64,000 nt of DNA from Heterodontus francisci (lineage: Eukaryota). A program made the position numbers and the translations under genes. Below the pieces are notes generated by a model that was not told where the DNA came from, made no database searches, and was given only the letters and a program-made list of their open reading frames with translations. The stretch lies in assembly GCF_036365525.1 (NCBI RefSeq), contig NC_090406.1, positions 4,434,103-4,498,102 of the forward strand, given 5' to 3'. Every line of letters begins with the position of its first letter. Position 1 is the first letter of the stretch. Positions 25,206 to 35,921 of this stretch are shown piece after piece.

Positions 25206-26397
25206 TTTTTAAATTATTCGTTCATGGGATATGGGTGTCGCTGACATGGCCAGCATTTATTGCGCATCCCTAATTGCCCTTGAGAAGGTGGTGGTGAGCT
25301 GCCGCCTTGAACTGCTGCAGTCGATGTGGTGCAGGTACACCCACAGTGCTGTTCGGCAGGGAGTTTCAGGATTTTGACCCAGCGACAGTGAAGGTACAGT
25401 GATATAGTTCCAAGTCAGGATGATGTGTGGCTTGGAGGGGAACTTGCATGTGGTGGTGTTTCCATACAGCTGCTGCCCTTGTTCTTCTAGTTGGTAGAGG
25501 TCGCAAGTTTGGAAGGTGCTGTCAAAGGAGCCTTGATGCATTGCTGCAATGCATCTTGTAGGTAGTACACACTGCTGCCACTGTGCATCGGTGGTGAAGG
25601 GAGTGAATGTTTGTGGATGGGGTGCCAATCAAGTGGGATACTTTGTCCTGGATGTTGTCGAGCTTCTTGAATGTTGTTGGAGCTGCACCCATCCAGGCAA
25701 GTGGAGAGTATTCCATCACACTCCTGACTTGTGCCTTGTAGATGGTGGACAGGCTTTGGGGAGTCAGGAGGTGAGTTATTTGCCACAGGATTCCTAGCCT
25801 CTGACCTGTTCTTGTAGCCACGATATTTATATGGCTACTCCAGTTCAGTTTCTGGTCAAAGGTAACCCCCAGGATGTTGATAGTGATCAGTAATGATTCA
25901 GTGATCGTAATGCCATTGAATGTCAAGGGGAGATGGTTAGATTCTCTCCTGTTGGAGATGGTCATTGCCTGGCACTTGTGTGGCGCGAATGTTACTTGCC
26001 ACTTATTAGCCCAAGCCTGGATATTGTCCAGGTCTTGCTGCATTTCTACACGGACTGCTTCAGTATCTGAGGAGTCGCGAATGGTGCTGAACATTGTGCA
26101 ATTATCAGTGAACATCCCCACTTCTGACCTTATGATTGAAGGAAGGTCATTGATGAAGCAGCTGAAGATGGTTGGTCCTAGGACACTAGACTGAAGAACT
26201 CCTGCAGTGATGTCCTGGAGCTGAGATGATTCACCTCCAACAACCACAACCATCTTCCTTTGCACTAGGTATGACTCCAACCAGCCGAGAGTTTTCCCCC
26301 TGATTCCCATTGACTCCAGTTTTGCTAGGTCTCCTTGATGCCATACTTGGTTAAATTCTGACTTGATGTCAAGGGCAGTCACTCTCACCTCACCTCA
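25206..26397 (-). mobile_element. Truncated LINE (CR1/L2 superfamily, second family) nested in the CR1
   Basis: 288-aa RT ORF 25522-26388; the same 3' end recurs at 30112-30450, 39690-39770 and 47900-47970. Confidence 0.88.
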
Positions 26398-28302
26398 CCA
26401 GAATGTTGTCAGGGTTTGAAAATTGCAGCTATGAGGAACGATTGTATAGGTTTTCCTTAGACCAGAGGAGGTTGAGGGGTGACTTAACTGAGGTGTAAAA
26501 AATTATGAGGGGCCTAGATAGAGTAGACAGGAATAATCTGTTTCTCCTCGCGGAGAGGTCAATTACCGCGGGCACCGATTTGAGGTGATTAGTAGAAGGA
26601 TTAGAGGAGACGTGAGGAAAACTTTTTCACCCAGAGGGTGGTGGGTGTCTGGAATTCTTTGCCCAGATTGGTGGTGGAGGCAGAAACCCTCAACTCATTT
26701 AAAAGGTACCTGGACCTGCTCCTGAAGTGCTGTAACCTGCAAGGCTACGGACTAGGTGCTGGAAGGTGGGGTTAGATTGGGTGGATACTTTTTTCAGCCG
26801 GCGCAGACACAATGGACTGAATGGCCTCTTTCTGTGCCATAACTTTTCTATGGTGTTGGTTGAGTGAATAATGGCCTGGATATGAGGGAGAACTCCTCAC
26901 CTCTGAGTGCCACAGGATCGTTTGCAGCACCTGACAGGACGGACAGAGCCTCAGTTTAATGTCTCATCAAGAAGGTGGCACTTCAACCAGTACGGCACTC
27001 CCTCTGTACTGCACTGGGAGCGTCAGCTGGAGTATGTGCTCGAGTCTCTGGAGTGGGGCTCAAACCCATAATCTTCTGACTCAGAGGTGAGAGTGCTATC
27101 CTCTGAGCTATGGCTGACACATGGCTAAGCCCAAAATGAATAAGGCTGCCATACTCATTATGGAAAATAGGATTAGAAAATTTCCACAGTTTCAAAAAGA
27201 AAGGACTAAATCTAAGAATTGCTCCTACAGGTTAGAGTTTAATAATTCAAAGAAGAGCAGGGGAATCGTGTCCTGGGCCAACATATTTCCCTCAACCAAC
27301 ATCACTGAAACAGATAATCTCATTACTACATTGCTGTTTGTGGGAGCTTACTATGCAAATTAGCTGCTGTGTTTCCTACATTACAACAGGGACCACACTT
27401 CAGAAGTTTTCAATTGGCTGTAAGTACTTTGGGACATCCTGAGGTCGTGAAAGGCGCTATATAGATGCAGTGCCAAAGGGGACTTGGGAAAGTTTTAGTA
27501 GGTGTCATACACCAATGGAAATCCAATGCGAATTTATTTTGGATTGGATGCCTCCTGATGAACGACTAGATCAGGGAAGTACATTGATCCAGTCAATTGC
27601 CAGTGGAGCTAATAACAGGAAAGCAGCTTTGTAGTGCAAGGACAGACAGCTGCCTCCATGTGCTGGCGAAGCATCCCCCAAAAGTAAGGAGCAAGTAGGT
27701 TTCATTAGTTTTCTCCAGTTTTGTCTCCAACCCACGTGTGCTTCACCCCTCCCTCCTCCCCTTTCCTAACATCCTGACTCTTTGCTAGGGGTTCAGTCCC
27801 ACAGATGCCCGCTGACATCTCAGTCAGGTGACATGTATGAGCTGGACAGTGAGTACCAGCAGACTGTTGGGCCATTAAGAGCATCACAGCCATGCGTGGT
27901 CCTTGCTCTGTGCACACATGCATTTCCCAATGTTGGTCGCTGTTGCTGATTGAAAGAGGAAGCTGTAGCTGATTTCTCTTTCCTATCCTAGATGTTCTGA
28001 GGCTATTTCTAACACCTCAACAACTACCTTGGCTAAGATCAGCTAACTGCATGGCCTGGGAATCAAACCTGAGACCTGTGGTTTGCATGAGTCTGTAACA
28101 CAAGCTAAGTCATTGGAGAGCATTTCTTTGTGTATTGTGGGAGGGGAGGGGAGAAGAGAATACTTTGTATTCTCCATAAATTAACAAACCCAGTGGCAGC
28201 GTGGTGTGTTTTACATTATACATGTTCTCAATATTGGCTTCGTCAATCGTTTAACCCACCCTCTTCCTATATTCCTACTCTTACCCCCAACCATACTTGT
28301 AG

Positions 28303-28367
28303 ACCTTGTTTGGCTGTTGACTATTGGGTGTGTAAGTTGAACTCAAGTACTGATAGCCTGCTTAAAG
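28303..28367 (+). promoter_or_regulatory. Conserved splice-regulatory element copy 1 (alternative acceptor, 29-nt microexon, 36-nt spacer)
   Basis: 63/65 identical to 35733-35797; cttgtag| acceptor, |gtaagt donor at 28332, TACTGAT branch-like motif before aaag|. Confidence 0.75.
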
Positions 28368-28491
28368 TTTCACCCCCAGAGGAGCCGGAAGTCCGGAGTG
28401 TTGCTGAGAAGCTGGCAAAATACGTAGCGGATGGGGGTCATGAGGTCGAAAAGCTCGCCATTCAGAACAACCGGGATAACCCTGCCTTCTC
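28368..28491 (+). CDS. SUGP1: SUGP1 exon 5 (SURP1 N-half: [24 protein letters not shown])
   Basis: The frame-preserving acceptor is the weak cttaaag|; TC|gtgagt donor; junction gives EVK|VSPPE as in human. Confidence 0.9.
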
Positions 28492-28798
28492 GTGAGTATC
28501 ATCTGTCCTCTCCATCAGCCAATAATATAGCTCAAATAAAATGGATCCAGGATCTGCATTGGTGCCGGTGTTTACAGATCCTGTCCCCTGACTGCTCTCC
28601 AGACCTACCTAATGGTAGTACTGTCTGGGAAATGCAAACTGAGGGGTTTGATTTGTCTGGTCTGATGAACATGGGACAAATGGGTTGCGGGTGGATAAAT
28701 CTCCTATAAGAAGCTTGTAGTCTATATTCTGTGTGACACTGTGGGGATCACATGCTGTAGAAAGGTGCTGAGCATCATTTCCATCTTTTGTTTTGCAG

Positions 28799-28938
28799 GT
28801 TTTTGTATGATCGCAACAGCCGAGCTTTTCTTTATTACAAGAAAAAGATGGCTGAAATCAAACGAGAGAAACTGTCTGGGCTGTCAGTGCCCAGACCACC
28901 TGTGCCAACCTCCACCTCCGCTTCTTCAGTGCCAAAAG
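28799..28938 (+). CDS. SUGP1: SUGP1 exon 6 (FLYDRNSRAFLYYKKKMAEI)
   Basis: ttttgcag| acceptor, G|gtaggg donor, 140 nt. Confidence 0.92.
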
Positions 28939-30111
28939 GTAGGGGAATCGGAAGGGGGCAACCTCTGCATTTAAGAATTAACTTGAGCATAACAGTTTGA
29001 AACTGCACAAAGTACGGAGGGCAGGGTTGATGCCAGCATTGAGATTTCAAAGGGTTGTACCATTGACCTTTCAGCTCTAACGACATGGATTGAAATCCAG
29101 CCCAGGCAACTAATAATTCTTTCCCTCAATTGCAGAACATTGGTGTGCAAAATCAGCACAGTCTCAGGTGTGTGACAGCGCTGTGTGCACACTGACCGAT
29201 GCATATCTTCAGAGATTGAACCCACCTTGGAAAACCACTCTCGGTAGAATCATAGTATAGATACAACACAGAAAGAGGCATTTAGCCCGTCATGTCCATG
29301 CCTGCTATCTGCAAGAGCAACTCAGCTAGTCCCACTCCCCTACCTTTTCCCTGTAGCCCTGCAAATTTTTCCTCTTCAGATAATTATCCTAGTCCCTTTT
29401 GAAAGCCATGATTGAATCTGCCTCCACCACACTCTCGGGAATTGCATTCCAGATCCTAAACACTCGCTACGTTTAAAAAAAAAGTTATTCCTCATGTCAC
29501 CTTTGGTTCTTTTGTCATTCACCTTAAATCAGTGTCCTCTGGTTCTCAACGCTTCTGCCAATGGGGCCAGTTGCTCCCTATCTACTCTGCCTAGACCTCT
29601 CATGATCTTGAACGCCTCTTTCAAATCTCCTCTCAGCTGCTCTGCTCTTAAGGAGAACAGCCTCAGCTTCCCCAGTCTATTCTCGTAACTGAAGCCCCTC
29701 ATCCTTGGAATCATTCTCACAAAACTTTTCTGCACCCTCTCTAATGTCTTCACATCCTTCCTAAGACTTGGTAGCTAGAATTCGACACAATACTCCAGTT
29801 GAGGCCAAACCAGTGTTTCGTGAAGGTTCCCCATAACTTAATTGTTTTTATACTCAGTGCCTCTATTTATAAAGCATAGGATCCCGTATGCCTTATTAAC
29901 CACTTTCTCAACCTGTCCAGCCATCTTCAGCGACTTTTGCACATATACCCTCCAGGTCCCTCTGCTCCTGCACCCCCTTTAGAATTGTACCCTTTATTTT
30001 ATATTGCCTCTCCTCATTCTTCCTACCAAAATGTATCCCTTCACATTTCTCTGCATTAAATTCCATCTGCCACGTGTCCGCCCATTCCACCAGCCTATTT
30101 ATGTCCTCTTG

Positions 30112-30450
30112 AAGCAACGCGCCAAGGTTCCTTAGACAGCACCTTCCAAACCCGCGACCTCTACCACCTCGAAGGACAAGAGCAACAGATGCATGGGAAC
30201 ACCACCACCTGCAAGTTTCCGTCCAAGTCACACACCATCTTGACTTGGAACTATATCGCTGTTCCTTCACTGTCGCTGGGTCAAAATCCTGGAACTCCCT
30301 TCCTAACAGCACTCTGGGTGTACCTACCTCACATGGACTGCAGCGGTTCAAGAAGACAGCTCACCACCACCTTCTCAAGGGCAATTAGGGATGGGCAATA
30401 AATGCTGGCATAGCCAGTGACGCCCACATCCCATGAATGAATTTTTAAAA
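30112..30450 (+). mobile_element. LINE 3' fragment nested in the minus-strand CR1
   Basis: Reverse complement of ~25210-25540. Confidence 0.8.
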
Positions 30451-31208
30451 AGTCTATCACTATTCTCTCAGTTCACAACACTTCCAAGTTTTGTGTCATC
30501 TGGAAATTTTGAAATTGTGCTCTGTACACCCAAGACTATATCATTAATATAGATCAAGAAAAGCAGTGGTTCTTGTACCAACCCCTGGGAAACCCCACTG
30601 TATACCATTCTCTGGTCCGAAATACAACCTTTCACCACTACTCTGTTTGCTGTCACTCAGCCAACCTTGTAGCCATGCTGCCGCTGTCCCTTTTACTCCA
30701 TGGGCTTTAACTTTGCTGACAAGCCTGTTATGTGGCACTTATCAAATGCCTTTTGGAAGTCCATGCACACCGCATCAATCACATTATCCTCATCAACCCT
30801 CTCTGTTACTTCATCAAAAATCTCAAGCAGGTTAGTTAAACACAATTTGCCCTTAACAAATCCATGCTGCTTTCCTTAATTAATCTACATTTTTCCAAGT
30901 AACAGTTAATTTTGTCACAGATTATCGTTTCTAAAAGCTTTCCCACCACCAAAGTTTGACTGGCCTGTAGTTCCTGGGCTTATCCTTACACTCTCTTTTT
31001 TTGATCAAGGGTGTAACATTTGCAATTTTCCAGTCCTCTGGCACCACCTCTGTATCTAAGGTGGATTGGAAGATTATGGCCAATGTCTCTACAATTTCTA
31101 CCCTTACTTTCCTAAGCATCCTTGAATGCATCTGATCTGGTCCTGGTGACTGATCAACTTTTAAGTACAGCCAGCCTTTCTAATACCTCCTCTTTATCAG
31201 TTTTTAGC

Positions 31209-32470
31209 TCGTCATTTCTTAAGGGAAAATCATGTTTAACTAACTTGCTGGAGTTTTTTGAAGAGGTAACAGAGAGGGTTGATGGAGGCAATGCTGTTGA
31301 TGTGGTGTACATGGACTTCCAAAAGGTGTTTGATACAGTGCCACACAATAGACTTGTGAGTAAAGTTATAGTTCATGGAATAAAAGGGACAGTAGCAACA
31401 TGGGTACGGAATTGGCTGAGTGACAGAAAACAAAGAGTAGTGGTTAATGGATGTTTTCGGGCTGGAGGAAGGTTTGTAGTGGAGTTCCCTAGGGGTCCGT
31501 GTTGGCACCCTTGCTTTTCCTGATATATATTAATGACCCAGATCTTGGCGTAAAGGGCACTATTTCAAAGTTTGCAGATGATATGAAGCTTGGAAGCATT
31601 GTGAACTGTGAGGAGGATAGTGTAGAACTTCAAAAGGACATAGACAAGTTGGTGGAATGGGCGAACAAATGGCAGATGAAGTTCAATGCGGAGAAATGTG
31701 AAGTGATACATTTAGGTAGGAAGAGCATGGAGAGACAATATAAAATAAAAGGTACAATTCTAAAGGGGGTGCAGGAGCAGAGGGACCTGGGTGTATATGT
31801 GCATAAGTTATTGAAGGTGACGGGACAGGTTGAGAGAGTGGTTAATAAACATAAAGTGTCCTGTGCTTTATTAATAGAGGCATAGAGTACAAGAGCAAGG
31901 AAGTTATGTTGAACTTGTATAAGACACTAGTTCAGCCTCAACTGGAGTATTGTGTCCAGTTCTGGGCGCCGCACTTCAGGAAAGATGTGAAGGCATTAGG
32001 GTGCAGAAAAAATTCACGAAAATGGTTCCAGGGATTAGGAACTTCAGTTATGAAGATATATTGTAGAAATTGGGACTGTTTCCTTGGAGAAGAGAAGGCT
32101 GAGAGGTGATTTGATAGAGGTATTCAAAATCATGAGGGGTCTGGACAGAGTAGATAGAGAGAAACTGTTTTGACTTGTGAAAGGATCGAGAATGAGAGTG
32201 CTCAGATTTAAAATAATTGGTAAAAGAAGCAAAAGTGACAAGGGAAAAAGCCTTTTCACACAGTGAGTGTTTAAGGTCTGAGAATGTGGTAGAGGCAGGT
32301 TCAACTGAAGCATTCAAAAGGGAATTAGACTGTTATATGAAAAGGAAGAACGTGCAGGGTTACAGCGAGAAGGCAGGGAATGGCACTAGGAGAATTGCTC
32401 ATTCGGAGAGCTGGTGAAGACATGATTGGCTGAATGGGAGCCTTCTGTGCCATAACAAAGCTGTGATCCA
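31209..32470 (+). mobile_element. 5'-truncated CR1 nested antisense in the minus-strand CR1
   Basis: KSCLTNLLEFFE, YMDFQKVFD and KFADD motifs, 3' UTR. Confidence 0.9.
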
Positions 32471-33751
32471 GTGTCTCAAGTACTTCCTCTTTCACTACCA
32501 GTTTGGCAGCATCTTCTTCCTTAGTAAAGACAGATGCAAAGTATTAATTTAGTACCTCTGCTGTGCCATCTGTCTCCATAAATCTTCTTTTGGTCTCTAA
32601 TCAGTTCAACTCCTCCTTTTACCATCCTCTTGCTATTTATAAGCTATGGAAGACTTTTGAATTCCCTTTTATGTTAGCTACCAGTCTCTTCTCATGCTGT
32701 CTCTTTGCTTCTCTTATTTATTATTTTACTTCCCCTCTGAACTTTCTATATTCACCGTGGTTCTCACTTGTGTTAGCAATCTGACATCTATTATATGCAC
32801 CCTTTTTCAGCTTTATCTTGCTACCTACCTCTTTGGTCATCCAGGGAGCTCTGGCTTTGTTTGTCCTATCTTTCCTCCTCATGGGAATGTAATTCAGCTG
32901 TACCCAAACTATCTCCTCTAAAGGTTGCCCATTGTTTTGTTACAGTTTTGCCTGTCAATCTTTGATTCTAATTTACCTGGGCCAGATTCATTCTCACCCT
33001 ATTTAAATTGGCCCTCCCCCAATTAATTATTTTTATGCTGGGTTGCTCCTTCTCCTTTTCCACAGCTAACCTAAACCTTATGATACTATGATCACTGGTC
33101 CCTAAATGTTCCCCTACTGACACCTGATCCATCTCATTCTCCAGAACCATATCCAGCAATGCCTCCTTCCCCATTGGATCAGAAGCATACTGCTCTAGAA
33201 AATTCTCCTGAACACACTTCAGAAACTCTTCCCTCTCTCTGGCCTTTACACTGTTGCTATTCCAGTTTATATCAGGATAATTAAAGTCCCTCATTATAAC
33301 AAATCTATCATTTTTGCACCTCTCTATAATTTCCTTGCAAATTTCTTCCTCTCTACCTTTCCCACTAGTTGGTGGCCTATTTCATCATGGATATATAGGC
33401 ATGGGTTTTGCTGGGGAAGCTCTGCACTGCCTCCATGCACTATACTGTCTGGAGGACCAGACTGATGCTGGCTCTAGGATTTCAGAATGGTGTAATGTTG
33501 TGTAAATTTTTGTGATGTCCATTGAACTGTGAAAATGTATAGATTCCCCCCCCACCCCCAACATGCACGCATCCACGTATGCACACACACCCTCCAAACG
33601 CCACTCGCATGCGTGCATGTGCACACACACAACGTGTCTCTATTTGTGCATTTGTTACTTTGATAGTTGCAGAAACTTCCTTTCTGGAACAGGGAACACC
33701 ATGCAGGCTAAATCAGATCAATGCATCTTTTTTTTCCTTTTATTCTGTACT

Positions 33752-34915
33752 TGAATCATTGAATTGTACAGAAGGAGGCCATTCAGTCCAGCATGTCTGT
33801 GTCGGCTCTTTGGTAGAGCCAATTAATCCCACTCTCCCTACACTTTCCCCAAAGCCCTGTAAATTTTTCCCCTTCAAGTATTTATCCAATTCTATTTTGA
33901 ATGTTCTTATTGAATCTGCTTCCACTGCCCTTTCAGGCACCACATTCCAGATCATAACTCGCTGCAGTAAAAAAAAGTTTCCTCTGGTTCTTCTGCCAAT
34001 CACCTTAAATCTGTGTCCGCTGGCTTCTGCCACTGGAAACAGTTTCTCCTCATAATTTTGAGCACCTCTAGTAAATATTTTCTTAACCTTCCCTGCTCTA
34101 AGTAGAACAATTCCAGCTTCTCCAGTCTCTACATAACTAAAGTTCATCATCTCTGGAAACATTGTAGTAAATCTCCTCTGCACCCTTGCCAAGGTCTTGA
34201 CATCCTTCCTAAAGTGTGGTGCTCAGCATTGGGCACAATACTCCCACTGAAGCATAATCAGTTATTTATAAAAATTTAGCATAACTTCCTTGCTTTTGTA
34301 TTCTATAGAATCATAGATTAGCACAGCACAGAAGGGTACCATTTGGCCCATCAATTGTCTATGCATCTATTTATACAGGCAATGATCCTGTATGCTTTTT
34401 TAACAGCTTTCTTAACGTGTCCTGCCGCCTTCAAAGATTCTGTTCTTTCTTGGTGTTTTCACTAACGTTTCTAATCTGTTGGTACCAAGGTACTTCCAGA
34501 GAAGTCCCACTTAACAAAGGAGTAGGAGGAGGCCATTCAACCCTGCAGTCCTGTTCCATCATTCAATTAGATCATTGCTGATCTGCATCTTAATGCCATT
34601 TACCCACCTTTGCTCCATATCCCTTAATAACCTTTACCCAACAAAAATCTACTGATCTCAGTCTCAAATTTAGGTTGACCCATAGCCTTATAGGGGAGAC
34701 AGTTCCAGATTCCCCCTACTCTTTGTGTGACCACGTGCTTCCTGATTTTGCTCCTGAATGGCCGAGCTCTAATTTTAAGATCATGCCTTGTTCTGGATTC
34801 CCCCAGCAGAGGAAATAGTTTATCTGCATCTATCATCTTGAATCCCTTTATCATTTTAAAGACCTCGATTAGATCACCCTCTCAACTATCTAAATTAAGG
34901 GAATACAAATCAAAT
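33752..34915 (-). mobile_element. CR1 3' fragments (two or more)
   Basis: ORFs 33740-34192 and 34624-34854 are CR1 ORF2 C-termini. Confidence 0.75.
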
Positions 34916-35732
34916 TTATCCACAAAATCAGAAAACCAGTTGACTTACTGGTAACTAGTGCCACTATATGTTTTGACCTGATTACATTTGTAATTAGAAC
35001 TTTAAAAAAAGCTTTGTCATTTAGTTAATTAGATCACTTATGAGCATTCAGATACAGGCTAATGAGGTTTGAGGATGTGACACTAACAGTGACACTAACA
35101 GTGACTCATAGTTTAGAGTTAGTGGTGGGGAGGTAAATGGAAGGGACACAGGACAGATGGTGCATCACTGGGAGAAGGTTTTGAAGTATTCTTATTGCTC
35201 TCCTTTTGTTATTTTCTCCTGTTAATATAAAATCTACGAAGAAAAATCAGCCAATTGGTCCAAGAGGTCTGTGCCGGTGCTTCTGCTCTTCACCCGCCTC
35301 CTCCCACTCCTTTTCATCTCACCCAACCAGCATTTCCTATTCCTTTCTCCCTCGTGCTTATTTATCTTCTTGTTAAATGCACCTAACCTATTTGCCTCAG
35401 CCACTCCCTGTGGTAGCAAATTCCACTGTTTGGGTAGAGATCTTTCTCCTGGATTCTCTATTGGATTTATCAGTGAATATTGCCTGTCACATTGTTTGTT
35501 GGAGAGGAGGAATTGAGTATGTAGCCATACATAGAGTGCTCTCAGTGAATTAATTTTTTGGAACACTGTCTACAGAGTCCTGGGCTGAAAGTCTGATGAA
35601 CAACACGTTAAATTGCAGAAGATTGAGAGCTAGGTTTAGTTATGTGGGGCACTTGTCTCCATTAAACCACTTGTGAGTGTGATTTAACCGATGCTCTCCC
35701 TGTATCCTGCTCTTACCCATCCAATCTTGTAG

Positions 35733-35797
35733 ACCTTGTTTGGCTGTTGACTGTTGGGTGTGTGAGTTGAACTCAAGTACTGATAGCCTGCTTAAAG
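35733..35797 (+). promoter_or_regulatory. Conserved splice-regulatory element copy 2
   Basis: Same architecture; |gtgagt donor at 35762. Confidence 0.75.
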
Positions 35798-35921
35798 TTT
35801 CACCCCCAGAGGACCCGGAGGTTCGGAGTGTGATTGAGAAGCTGGCAAAGTTTGTGGCTGACGGGGGTCCAGATGTGGAAGAGATGGCCGTTCGGGACAA
35901 TCGAGATAATCCGGCCTTCTG
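35798..35921 (+). CDS. SUGP1: SUGP1 exon 7 (SURP2 N-half: [24 protein letters not shown])
   Basis: cttaaag| acceptor, TG|gtaagc donor, 124 nt. Confidence 0.9.

Larger units (their letters stand above)
21634..26850 (+). mobile_element. Decayed near-full-length CR1 LINE (ORF1 esterase, APE endonuclease, RT, 3' UTR) with two nested insertions
   Basis: QPEVVVHIGTN (ORF1), ETWL..GGGVALLVK..DFNYP (EN), KSPGPNG and GVPQGSVLGP (RT); many stops and frameshifts. Confidence 0.9.
29247..33383 (-). mobile_element. Decayed CR1 LINE ORF2 with nested insertions
   Basis: Minus-strand EN/RT fragments (DFNYPDINW, VPEDWKIANVTP, SKFPDDTKLG, ERVQK) interrupted at 30112-30450 and 31209-32470. Confidence 0.88.

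Noticed and set aside
28303-28367. Reading the 65-nt element as coding ([21 protein letters not shown], open in both copies)
   Set aside because: That frame needs a phase-2 incoming exon, but exons 4 and 6 end in phase 1; human protein goes directly EIK|VSPPE; near-total synonymous identity argues for nucleotide-level constraint
28296-28383. Element as a duplicated intronic snoRNA or miRNA
   Set aside because: No proper C box with terminal stem or H/ACA layout; it overlaps the 3' splice site and is bounded by splice signals (an Rfam scan would settle it)
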